NCBI GenBank assembly: GCA_038063815.1
Contig: JBBTUJ010000002.1
Location: forward strand, 70,511 to 134,510
Length of the DNA: 64,000 nt
Direction: 5' to 3'
Origin: Patescibacteria group bacterium
Lineage (GTDB): Bacteria > Patescibacteriota > Minisyncoccia > Phycocordibacterales > EsbW-18
The position numbers were made by a program, and so were the translations under genes. Below the pieces are notes generated by a model. That model saw only the letters and a program-made list of their open reading frames with translations. It was not told the DNA's origin and searched no databases. Below, one piece after another: positions 1-7,855 of the stretch (its first letter is position 1; every line of letters starts with the position of its first letter).

Positions 1-315
1 GCACAGAGTCCTTTTTTTGACTATGGAGCAAAATATTCAGGAGAAACACAGGAGATATGTCCCGGACGATTTTCACACGCCGAAATAGAAATGCTTCAAG
101 ATGCCGCACGCCGGGCACACCGTGCCCTCGGCGCACGACACTACTCGCGTTCTGATTTTATTGTGACACCGAGAGGAGTATACATTCTTGAAATAAATAC
201 ACTCCCGGGCCTGGCGCCAGAGTGTCTTTTACCGAAATCCCTTGCCGCGGTTGGTGCGACACTTCCTGAATTTCTCGATCACGTTATCTCGCTTGCGATA
301 GAAGAGTCCCGTTAA
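1..315 (+). CDS. ddl: D-alanine--D-alanine ligase, C-terminal fragment (gene starts upstream of the window)
   Basis: Frame 1 is open from position 1. The translation ...DFIVTPRGVYILEINTLPGL... matches the conserved C-terminus of the Ddl ATP-grasp enzyme. Confidence 0.7.
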   Translation, partial: AQSPFFDYGAKYSGETQEICPGRFSHAEIEMLQDAARRAHRALGARHYSRSDFIVTPRGVYILEINTLPGLAPECLLPKSLAAVGATLPEFLDHVISLAIEESR

Positions 316-1448
316 TCTTCATCCTCGTATTCTGTTTCGGTGTCTCTTCCGTCGTCTTGGTCTTCCTTCTCATTTTTTGAATAGGTATCTTCAGTATCTT
401 CGACAGATATCTTTGATGTAGTTAAGATGACAATCCGTGCTTCCTCGGAAATCTCAAGGGCTTGTTTGAACACTTCAAATGCGCCTTCGTAATTGTCATC
501 ATCTACTTTCTCCGCGCCGTCTTCATAGAGATCTTCTGCTCTGTGTAAACGGTTGAGAACGCTCTCTCGGACTTCTTCCGACAGATCATTCCCTTCGTCG
601 TCAAAGAGCTTAAATGTTTCTTCAAATGACGTGCGGGCTTTTTTGCTCATGCGCTGTGCGGTGTCTTCATCAATCAAAGAGGGGGAAGGAGTATCTTCTG
701 CTACGATATCGATCTGCATCATCATGGAGGGTTCTGGCGACACCTCACGCGTTCTTCCCTCGTCCATTTTTGCGCTTGCGCGTACCTCAAGATCAGCCCC
801 CGCTCGTGTTGCCAAAAGTATCGTTCCCGCTTCCTCTGATTGGTCTGTATCGGATACAAGTTGTGAAAGAATCGTTTCGTGTGCGGAGAGGCGTGCGTCA
901 AGGTCGGCGTCTTCTACAAGCGCAAGAGTGTCTCCCGTATCGTTATCTTCATCCGTATCTTCGTCACGGCGGAGATCTTCAACGTGAGCAGTAATGTGGG
1001 CGGTCAAAATCCTACCAGCTTCTTTGTCCAGGTCTCCATGTGCGGCCAGTTCCTCCGCTTCAAGGAGCCGGCGTTCGATGCGTCGGGTGTTCCATTCTCG
1101 TTTTGCTTCTGGTGTTACCGCCGCAAGAGACGCGACGTTTTCATTCACCCTCACTTTGAAAGAATAGAGAGTATCTCCGGGAAGTGTTCCTTCGGCAGCG
1201 GAAACGATACCACCCCCGAGAAGGATGACAATGAGAAGTGCAACAGGAAGAGGGCGCGTCACGAATACAAAAAGGGAAGAGACGAATGGGCTTCGAATTG
1301 GTGCAATCTCATCCGTGTGGAATGAAGGGATAGGCGTTTCGGGAAGAGCCATGTGCGTGATAAGTCGCGCGCGCAAAACACTCTTCTTTTCTGCGGAAAG
1401 AGTAATATTTTTTGATTCTTTAAAAATGTGAGAGATATCGTCTGTCAT
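312..1448 (-). CDS. putative membrane-anchored anti-sigma factor / DUF5667-like protein with a highly acidic C-terminal tail
   Basis: 378 aa ORF immediately downstream of, and co-directional with, the ECF sigma gene. It has one predicted TM helix (LPVALLIVILLGGGIV) and a D/E-rich C-terminus. Confidence 0.45.
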   Translation of the reverse strand: MTDDISHIFKESKNITLSAEKKSVLRARLITHMALPETPIPSFHTDEIAPIRSPFVSSLFVFVTRPLPVALLIVILLGGGIVSAAEGTLPGDTLYSFKVRVNENVASLAAVTPEAKREWNTRRIERRLLEAEELAAHGDLDKEAGRILTAHITAHVEDLRRDEDTDEDNDTGDTLALVEDADLDARLSAHETILSQLVSDTDQSEEAGTILLATRAGADLEVRASAKMDEGRTREVSPEPSMMMQIDIVAEDTPSPSLIDEDTAQRMSKKARTSFEETFKLFDDEGNDLSEEVRESVLNRLHRAEDLYEDGAEKVDDDNYEGAFEVFKQALEISEEARIVILTTSKISVEDTEDTYSKNEKEDQDDGRDTETEYEDED

Positions 1449-1453
1449 ATGTG

Positions 1454-1975
1454 TTACAAAAGTTCTGATGGTCCATAGAAATCTCGGAGTTTCTGCATCG
1501 CACGATGGATGCGTACTGAAACGACATTTTCTGAAACGTCGAGCGCTTCCGCAATCTCTCGTGGTGTCATACCGTCCACAAGGCGCATAATAACCGGTAC
1601 TCGGTATTCTTCATCAAGAATCGAGAGGATACGGTTGACGTCTCGTCCGATCGCCTGTTCCATCACATGTTCTCGTGCACCAAAATCACTCGGCGAAAAC
1701 CCCTCTTCAACCATCGCGTCAAGAGAAACAGATTTTTTCTTTCGCACATAATCAATGATGAGATTGTTCGTCACGCGGTATAAGAATGCGCGGATGTTTT
1801 CGATGGTGGTACCCTTTGCAACCTCATTCCATGTTTTCATAAAAGCGTCCTGAACGAGGTCTTCTGCAACATCGCGGTCGTACACGCGGAAAAAGCAGTG
1901 TCGAAACAGCGCATCAGCATACGTATCGTATGCTTCAAGGAACGCTTGTTGTTGTGTCTCCGTTTGGGATCCCAT
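1454..1975 (-). CDS. RNA polymerase sigma factor, ECF (sigma-70 regions 2 and 4)
   Basis: 173 aa. Motifs DLVQDAFMKTW (region 2) and MTPREIAEALDVSENVVSVRIHRAMQKLR (region 4 HTH). Confidence 0.8.
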   Translation of the reverse strand: MGSQTETQQQAFLEAYDTYADALFRHCFFRVYDRDVAEDLVQDAFMKTWNEVAKGTTIENIRAFLYRVTNNLIIDYVRKKKSVSLDAMVEEGFSPSDFGAREHVMEQAIGRDVNRILSILDEEYRVPVIMRLVDGMTPREIAEALDVSENVVSVRIHRAMQKLRDFYGPSELL

Positions 1976-2102
1976 ATATAAGACGAATGAACGGCTTCTC
2001 CCTTACGCCGCCTAACCTCGTGTGGAAGTGGTACTCTCCATTCTAATTGATTGTGCCCCGGGCGTGAAGGAGATCGCGCACTATGTCAGAGTCGAAGATT
2101 TG

Positions 2103-3272
2103 CTACACGTATCCAGATGTAGTGTTGTCGCTCCTATCGGGAGGAAGATTCTTCCGGAAGAATCCGATGAGTTTTTTTGGCCATGTCTTGTCCATGCACG
2201 GCCGCTCGATGAGCATATAGAATATCGTTGACACCACAAGAACAGCGGGAATGTAGATGAGTCCTTGGACGATAAGCGTTGTGATGTAACTCTCTGACGA
2301 AAAGAAAAGAATACTTTTGTTTCCGATAAATGAAATGACGACATAGTGCCAGAGATAGATCGTGTAGCACATACCGCCAATAAGCGTTATCCACCATGTA
2401 CTAAAAACACCTCGCCACACGTGATCATTGAGCGCGAGTACATACAGACAGAAAATGGCGAGAAGAAGAAGAATCTCTGTGCCGACGCCTCCGATATTGA
2501 TGTAGAAGATGATTCCAAGTAGGGCAAGACCGACAACAATACTTGCCCAGCGCGAAATCGAAAGTGAGGGTTTTTCAAGATAGATATCGGCGAGCAAAAA
2601 ACCAATGAGAAAATACTGGATATAGTCATAGAGCGTCAGAAAAGAAAACGGTTGGTAGGTGCTCTGTAGGTAGATGAGAATAATGATTGCTCCTGCGATG
2701 ACGCCTCGTCGTATATTTTTACTCAGGAAGAAAACGCACGAGAGGAGAGGGGCTAAAATATAGAACTGCACCTCTATCTCAAGAGACCATGCAACCCCGT
2801 TCACTGACGGTCCGACGGGAAGGATGTTATGCAAATAAACAAGAGAGGCGAGAAGGCTTGACCAGATTTCCTCCGCATTGTATTTCCCGATGAGGACAAG
2901 AAAGACAAAGCACAAGATCATATTGAAGATGTAGGGCGGCTCAAGACGTGTCAGTCGACGAAGGAAGTATGCTTTGATGTTGACATCTTTCATCCCCGCG
3001 ATGAACTTCTTTGCAAAAGGAAGGGCTAGGATGAATCCGCTGATGACAAAAAAGAGCTCGACGCCGCGGCTTCCGTTGCTCAAAAATATCGAGAGAAGTG
3101 GATAGTTATCAGGAGAAGTAGTGAACAAGAAAGGGTTTTTTCCTTGTATAAAGATATCAATATGGAATAAAACGACCCACGCTATCGCGAGAAAGCGTAG
3201 GCCGTCTATTTCGGGAATGAAAAGGGAAGAGGAGGTGACGCGGCGGAGTTTTTGTAGGATGACATCGCGCAT
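2103..3272 (-). CDS. acyltransferase family 3 (O-acyltransferase) integral membrane protein
   Basis: 389 aa with multiple TM segments. The N-terminal motif LRFLAIAWVVLFHI is typical of acyltransferase_3. Confidence 0.65.
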   Translation of the reverse strand: MRDVILQKLRRVTSSSLFIPEIDGLRFLAIAWVVLFHIDIFIQGKNPFLFTTSPDNYPLLSIFLSNGSRGVELFFVISGFILALPFAKKFIAGMKDVNIKAYFLRRLTRLEPPYIFNMILCFVFLVLIGKYNAEEIWSSLLASLVYLHNILPVGPSVNGVAWSLEIEVQFYILAPLLSCVFFLSKNIRRGVIAGAIIILIYLQSTYQPFSFLTLYDYIQYFLIGFLLADIYLEKPSLSISRWASIVVGLALLGIIFYINIGGVGTEILLLLAIFCLYVLALNDHVWRGVFSTWWITLIGGMCYTIYLWHYVVISFIGNKSILFFSSESYITTLIVQGLIYIPAVLVVSTIFYMLIERPCMDKTWPKKLIGFFRKNLPPDRSDNTTSGYV

Positions 3273-3314
3273 TTACAAGGGTTGCTGTTCTTTGCCGAAA
3301 AAACCAGCTTTCTG

Positions 3315-3387
3315 TGGACCCTACCGGATTCGAACCGGTGACCTCCTCATTGCAAATGAGGCGCTCTACCAACTAAGCTAAGGGCCC
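3315..3387 (-). tRNA. tRNA-Ala (anticodon TGC)
   Basis: Cloverleaf folded by hand on the minus strand: acceptor GGGCCCT/AGGGTCC with G3:U70 Ala identity pair, anticodon loop TTTGCAA, T-loop TTCGAAT. Confidence 0.85.
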
Positions 3388-3870
3388 GTGGAAAAGAGTA
3401 TACAGGTGAGAAACGCGAAAATCAAAGGCAGAATTGCTCTTCCGTGCTCGTTTGATATGCTTACCCATATGAGTCCTTCGAGAAAAATATTACTTGTTGA
3501 TGATGACCCAAGCATCACCAATCCGCTTTCTGAGCGCCTTACGGGTGCAGGATATACGGTATTTGTTGCTCACACAGGAACAGAAGGACTGACAGCAGCA
3601 CTCAAAGAACATCCGGAACTTATACTGCTTGATATCATGATGCCCGAGATGAACGGCTGGGAAATGCTTGAGGAATTGCAGAAAGATCCGTGGGGTAAGA
3701 CCGCACCTGTTATCATCCTCTCGAATATGGATGACATGGACAACGTATCGCAGGCGGTCGCGCACCAAGCGCACGAATACATCATTAAAGGAAGTTGGAC
3801 GATGGACGACATCGTTCGAAAGGTAGAAGAAAAGTTTGCATATCAAGAGGCCGCTCCTGCGGGCGACTAG
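3388..3870 (+). CDS. response regulator receiver-domain protein (CheY-like, single domain)
   Basis: KILLVDDDPS...LILLDIMMPEMNGWEML receiver motifs. The true start is probably an internal Met at 3457 or 3469, because the ORF as drawn abuts the tRNA. Confidence 0.75.
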   Translation: MEKSIQVRNAKIKGRIALPCSFDMLTHMSPSRKILLVDDDPSITNPLSERLTGAGYTVFVAHTGTEGLTAALKEHPELILLDIMMPEMNGWEMLEELQKDPWGKTAPVIILSNMDDMDNVSQAVAHQAHEYIIKGSWTMDDIVRKVEEKFAYQEAAPAGD

Positions 3871-3937
3871 CGGAGTTGGTTAGAGCGTTCGCTTCACCAC
3901 ACTAGAGCGGTCACAGGTTCGAATCCTGTGTCGCCCA
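3861..3937 (+). tRNA. aberrant tRNA-like element (possible pseudo-tRNA or att remnant)
   Basis: Perfect 7-bp acceptor stem GGGCGAC/GTCGCCC, canonical T-arm ACAGG-TTCGAAT-CCTGT and discriminator A. The D-stem is weak, and the anticodon region forms only a CGCTT/GAGCG stem with a 10-nt loop. It overlaps the stop codon of the response regulator gene. Confidence 0.35.
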
Positions 3938-3940
3938 TAA

Positions 3941-4022
3941 TTGTTGGAGTTGGAAATTAGGAGTGAGAGGTTAGTGATTAGAGTTAGTTTAGTCGTTGGT
4001 CGTAGGTTGTAGGTCGTTTGTT
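3941..4022 (+). repeat. G/T-rich low-complexity repeat (GGTCGTAGGTTGT family), copy A
   Basis: About 80 bp with essentially no C on the plus strand. Homologous to copies at 5760-5842 and 39305-39395. Confidence 0.6.
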
Positions 4023-4028
4023 ATTTCC

Positions 4029-4100
4029 GCTCTCGTCGTTCAATGGATAGGATGTCTCCCTCCGAAGGAGACGATGCAGGTTCGATTCCTGCCGAGAGCA
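4029..4100 (+). tRNA. tRNA-Arg (anticodon CCG)
   Basis: Acceptor GCTCTCG/CGAGAGC, anticodon stem TCTCC/GGAGA, loop CTCCGAA, T-arm GCAGG-TTCGATT-CCTGC. Confidence 0.85.
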
Positions 4101-4178
4101 CACGAGCGAAGCGAGTGCACCAAAACCGTGGGTTTCCAAAAAGTGAGATAGCGTAGCGTCCTGCTGAGAGCAAAATAT

Positions 4179-4445
4179 ATGCACATTAGAGTCACCGTTC
4201 GTGTAAATGCAAAGAAAGAATCGATTGTGGAAAAGAAAGAGGGAGTATTTACTATTTCGGTTCGTGTTCCCGCCGAACGAAATCTTGCCAATATTCGTGT
4301 TCGCGAGATTCTTGCATCACGTTTCGGTATACCGATCGGAAAAGTCCGTATTTTGACAGGTCACAAAAGTCCGAAGAAAATAATCTCTGTAGAGAGTTGT
4401 TTGTCTGACAAAAAAAGGTCGCAAAACGTGAATGTTCGGGTATAA
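4179..4445 (+). CDS. DUF167 (YggU/UPF0235) family protein
   Basis: 88 aa. The pattern RVTVRVNAKKESIV...ISVRVPAERNLANIRVREILASRFGIP...ILTGHKSPKKII matches the DUF167 consensus. Confidence 0.65.
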   Translation: MHIRVTVRVNAKKESIVEKKEGVFTISVRVPAERNLANIRVREILASRFGIPIGKVRILTGHKSPKKIISVESCLSDKKRSQNVNVRV

Positions 4446-4495
4446 TCCTTGCGCGGGCTTGTCCGACAAAGCCCTGTAAGATATGGGGCGACGTC

Positions 4496-4566
4496 GGGCC
4501 TATGGTCTAGTGGTATGACGCGGCATTCGCATTGCCGAAGCTCGAGTTCGATTCTCGATAGGTCCA
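4496..4566 (+). tRNA. tRNA-Ala (anticodon CGC)
   Basis: Acceptor GGGCCTA/TAGGTCC with G3:U70, anticodon stem CGGCA/TGCCG, loop TTCGCAT, T-arm TCGAG-TTCGATT-CTCGA. Confidence 0.85.
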
Positions 4567-4599
4567 CAGGCGAACTCAAATTCGCTCAAAAGAGGTTTA

Positions 4600-4670
4600 C
4601 GGGCCGTAGTATACCGGTAGTACACACGCTTCGGGTGCGTGTAGACCGAGTTCGATTCTCGGCGGCCCGA
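4600..4670 (+). tRNA. tRNA-Pro (anticodon CGG)
   Basis: Acceptor CGGGCCG/CGGCCCG (C1:G72 as in bacterial tRNA-Pro), D-stem GTAT/GTAC, anticodon stem CACGC/GCGTG, loop TTCGGGT, T-arm CCGAG-TTCGATT-CTCGG. Confidence 0.85.
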
Positions 4671-4733
4671 TAAGGTCCACAGGGCTTGAAAAGGGAGTGG
4701 AAATGGGCTAGGATGGGCTTTCACTAAATCAAT

Positions 4734-5045
4734 ATGAAAATCGCAGTAATCGAAGCAGGCGGAAAGCAATATCTCGTATCAGAAGGCACGAAAGTGACAA
4801 CTGAGAAGATTATTGGCGCATCGGTCGGAAAAGACATGTCGTTTGACAAGGTTCTTTTGACTGATGATGGATCAACACTCTCACTTGGCGCTCCTCATGT
4901 TAAGGGTGCCGTTGTCTCAGCATCGTATGACGAAGAAGGGAAGGGAAAAAAGATTCTCGTCGTTAAGTACAAAGCAAAGAGCCGATACTTGAAGCGCCGT
5001 GGACACAGACAGCCATACGGAAAGCTCACGATCAAATCACTTTAA
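4734..5045 (+). CDS. rplU: 50S ribosomal protein L21
   Basis: 103 aa. N-terminus MKIAVIEAGGKQYLV is typical of bL21. Confidence 0.9.
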   Translation: MKIAVIEAGGKQYLVSEGTKVTTEKIIGASVGKDMSFDKVLLTDDGSTLSLGAPHVKGAVVSASYDEEGKGKKILVVKYKAKSRYLKRRGHRQPYGKLTIKSL

Positions 5046-5046
5046 A

Positions 5047-5080
5047 TAAAATCTCCGGCATTGGCCGGAGATTTTATTTT
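5047..5080. terminator. rho-independent terminator between convergent rplU and recR
   Basis: Hairpin AAAATCTCCGGC-attg-GCCGGAGATTTT followed by a T-run. Confidence 0.6.
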
Positions 5081-5141
5081 CTATTCAAGGGCGTCCGCCT
5101 TTGTCCTGACGGACTTCGGCGAGACACTTATTCGCAGTTCA

Positions 5142-5750
5142 TTAGCGTCTATTTATTAATGCGTTACGGATTGTTTCGCGATCCGAGTACTCAAGTTCTG
5201 TTCCCGTTGAGAGACCGCGTCCAAGAAGTGTTAGGGTGAACTTTTGTTTATCCAAAAGAGGGGAGAGGAGTGTACGCACATGATCTGCGGTCATTTCACC
5301 TTCCGGATGTGCTCCTGTTGCAAGGATGATCTCGGTGAGCCCTCCGTTCGTATCCCGAACGCGCGAAAGCAAGTCCTCAACGCGAAGTGTTTTGGGTGTT
5401 CCATCGAGTAAAGAAACGGTACCGCCAAGAACGAAATAGCGCCCGTTGTAGACGCCGCTTTTTTCGATCGCTTCAAGATCGGCGTCTTTTTCAACGATCA
5501 TGAGTAGGTGTGCATCTCGATTCGGGCTTCCGCAGATATCGCACGCTTCAGCGTACCCGTCCGCTTCGAAGAATCGGTGACAGTGATTGCACTCAACCGT
5601 CTTATCTTTGAGTTCTTTCACCAGGCGAGCGATTTCCTCCAGGACCCCTTTTTCTTGTGTGAGTAAAAAATAGACGAATCGTTTCGCCTGTCGTGGCCCG
5701 ATACCGGGGAACTTTTGGAAATACGACGCGAGTTTTTCAATGCCTTTCAT
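5142..5750 (-). CDS. recR: recombination protein RecR
   Basis: 202 aa. HhH N-terminus (FPGIGPRQAKR), C4 zinc finger CNHC...CDIC and a Toprim region. Confidence 0.9.
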   Translation of the reverse strand: MKGIEKLASYFQKFPGIGPRQAKRFVYFLLTQEKGVLEEIARLVKELKDKTVECNHCHRFFEADGYAEACDICGSPNRDAHLLMIVEKDADLEAIEKSGVYNGRYFVLGGTVSLLDGTPKTLRVEDLLSRVRDTNGGLTEIILATGAHPEGEMTADHVRTLLSPLLDKQKFTLTLLGRGLSTGTELEYSDRETIRNALINRR

Positions 5751-5759
5751 ACTAGGAGT

Positions 5760-5842
5760 TGGCGGTTAGAAGTTTGGGGTGAGTGATTAGGGTTAGTTTA
5801 GTTGTGGGTTGTTGGTCGTAGGTTGTTGGTCGTCGGTTATTT
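5760..5842 (+). repeat. G/T-rich low-complexity repeat, copy B (reads as a CA-rich G-less 5' leader of recR on the minus strand)
   Basis: GAGTGATTAGGGTTAGTTTAGTTGTGGGTTGTTGGTCGTAGGTTGTTGGTCGTCGGTTA is homologous to 3960-4020 and 39320-39395. Confidence 0.6.
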
Positions 5843-7259
5843 AGAAAGGTGTCTCGTCGGATTTAGTTTCAGGTGCAGGTGGTTTTTCGAGTCGTTCGAA
5901 CTCTTCAACACCGTGTCGCTCGATGGAACGGAACGTCGCGCGCTTGTTATCAAAGAAAAGCTCAAGTGTTCCTGTCGGACCGTTTCGGTGTTTTGCGATG
6001 ATGATTTCGACAATATTCGATTTCTCGGACGCTTCTTTGTAGCGGTCATCGCTGTGAATGAACATGACGACGTCGGCATCTTGCTCGATGGAGCCCGAGT
6101 CACGGAGGTCGGAGAGTTGCGGACGCCCGCGGCGTTGCTCGATCGCACGTGAGAGCTGTGAGAGGGCAATAACAGGCACATCGAGTTCCCGGGCGAGTTG
6201 TTTGAGCGCGCGTGAGATCTCTGTCACTTGCTGCACCATCGAGTCGCTCTTCATTTTTGTCGAAGGAGCCATGAGTTGGAGGTAATCAACGATCAAAAGA
6301 TCAAGACCATGTTCGCTCTTCAGACGTCGTGCAACAGAGCGCATCTTCAAGATATTGTTCGCAGGTTGATCATCAATAAAGATATTTGCCTGGGAGAGAC
6401 GAGAAAGTGCTTCGCTGATGCGGTTGAATTCGTCATCGGTGCGGAGTTTTCCTGTACGCAGGTTCCAGGCATCAACTTGGGCTTCCGAGGCAAGAAGGCG
6501 GTCAACAAGCTGCTGGGAACTCATTTCAAGAGAGAAAATCCCCACCTTTTTTCCGTGGCGAAGCGCGGTGTTCCGAGCGATATCAAGCGCAAGAGATGTT
6601 TTACCCATCGAAGGCCGCGCGGCGATGATGATGAGGTCTGATTTTTGGAATCCAGCAAGACGACTATCGAGCTCAGCAAATCCTGTGGGAACACCACGGA
6701 GTTCGTCTGTTGATTTATGCAAACGGTCAAAACGTTCGAATGCTTCATCGAGAACGTGTGAGAGCGCGATGAACTTCTGATGTGTTGATGCATTCGTCAC
6801 CTCAAACACTTTCTTTTGTGCTTGGTCGAGAAGTTCGTCGAGGTCTTCTTCTTCGCTAAATCCGAGCTCATTCAAGTGCACACCAACTTCGATCAAAAGG
6901 CGCATCGTGTGTTTTCTGCGAACAATCTCCGCATAGTGCTTCACGTTCATCGAAGAGGGGACTGTCTCGACGAGAGATGCGAGGTAACTCATGCCGCCGA
7001 TACTTTCGAGTTGCTTTAACTCCTTGAGCCGAGACGAAACAGACACGAGGTCAATCGGTTCGTTCTTCTTGAAAAGATCGAACATCGCACTGAAGATCAT
7101 GCTGTGCTTCTGCGCATAGAATGATTCGATGGAAACAGTGTCAATCACTTCATGCATCGCTTCGGGACGAAGGAGAATGGAACCAAGAAGCGCTCGCTCC
7201 GCTTCGAGGTCTTGTGGTGGTGTGCGGAGGTGAGAAGTGGTCAAAGATTTTTCTGCCAT
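5841..7259 (-). CDS. dnaB: replicative DNA helicase DnaB
   Basis: 472 aa. N-terminal LEAERALLGSILL, a Walker A-like loop (ARPSMGKTSLAL) and a C-terminal RecA-like domain. Confidence 0.9.
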   Translation of the reverse strand: MAEKSLTTSHLRTPPQDLEAERALLGSILLRPEAMHEVIDTVSIESFYAQKHSMIFSAMFDLFKKNEPIDLVSVSSRLKELKQLESIGGMSYLASLVETVPSSMNVKHYAEIVRRKHTMRLLIEVGVHLNELGFSEEEDLDELLDQAQKKVFEVTNASTHQKFIALSHVLDEAFERFDRLHKSTDELRGVPTGFAELDSRLAGFQKSDLIIIAARPSMGKTSLALDIARNTALRHGKKVGIFSLEMSSQQLVDRLLASEAQVDAWNLRTGKLRTDDEFNRISEALSRLSQANIFIDDQPANNILKMRSVARRLKSEHGLDLLIVDYLQLMAPSTKMKSDSMVQQVTEISRALKQLARELDVPVIALSQLSRAIEQRRGRPQLSDLRDSGSIEQDADVVMFIHSDDRYKEASEKSNIVEIIIAKHRNGPTGTLELFFDNKRATFRSIERHGVEEFERLEKPPAPETKSDETPF

Positions 7260-7476
7260 GGTGCTCGTATGTTAGCACGCACGCACAAGGGTGGGACTTC
7301 CCAGAAGGGGAGTAGTGTGTGGTTTTAGTGGGGACAAGGGTCGCTCGCGTACAGTTTTTTGAAATGCACGGATAAAATCTGGCTCGATTTTTCCTCGTGC
7401 TCGCGCCAGCCGCGCTCGCAAGTCATTTCAAAAAAGTACGCTCGCTTTTGTGTTAAATACGAAAGAGGATCAGAAC

Positions 7477-7505
7477 TTGACGTACAAGCAGTAGTGTTAT
7501 ATTGT
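7477..7505 (+). promoter_or_regulatory. sigma70-like promoter for the small GC-rich gene
   Basis: TTGACG, a 15-17 bp spacer and TATATTGT, followed by SD AGGAGG 5 nt before the ATG at 7531. Confidence 0.4.
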
Positions 7506-7530
7506 CGATACAGACAACCCAGGAGGAACC

Positions 7531-7773
7531 ATGAAATCAGTGCGAGTCCAACCCGAACAAGGTGGTAACGTGTTGCTGGTGGACGTTGTCTGCAACTGCG
7601 GTAGCAACGGTCTCACGAATGTCGAGACGGGGGAGGCCAGCTACAAGCACAACGTTCGCCTGGGTGAGCCGGCGAAGGCCGTGGACACGGTGCTGCGGTG
7701 TAGGTGTGGGAAGTCCTACCGACTCCACCCGCAGAAATCTCACCTCCACGTCTTCGACGAATCGGCATCCTGA
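7531..7773 (+). CDS. small Cys-rich hypothetical protein (putative zinc ribbon; atypically high GC)
   Basis: 80 aa with CNCG...CRCG. Strong SD, own promoter and own terminator. GC is markedly higher than in the surrounding genes. Confidence 0.55.
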   Translation: MKSVRVQPEQGGNVLLVDVVCNCGSNGLTNVETGEASYKHNVRLGEPAKAVDTVLRCRCGKSYRLHPQKSHLHVFDESAS

Positions 7774-7805
7774 CGATTTCCGTCGATTAGGCGCGGTTGT
7801 TTCTA

Positions 7806-7855
7806 GCCGCCGAGGGCCGTGCGCTCCTCGGCGGCCTTCTCGTTTATCTTTTTTG
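7806..7855 (+). terminator. rho-independent terminator
   Basis: GCCGCCGAGG-gccgtgcgct-CCTCGGCGGC followed by a T-run. Overlaps the convergent 3' end of cysS. Confidence 0.6.

Noticed and set aside
553-1431. Plus-strand ORFs (144, 126, 148, 68 aa) inside the anti-sigma gene region
   Set aside because: They are antisense to a longer ORF with coherent domain structure, and their composition is Ser/Arg-rich, typical of an antisense frame of acidic codons.
3984-4769. Several 60-90 aa ORFs from the ORF track on both strands over the tRNA cluster
   Set aside because: They overlap confidently folded tRNA-Arg, tRNA-Ala and tRNA-Pro genes and the G/T repeat, so they are chance ORFs.
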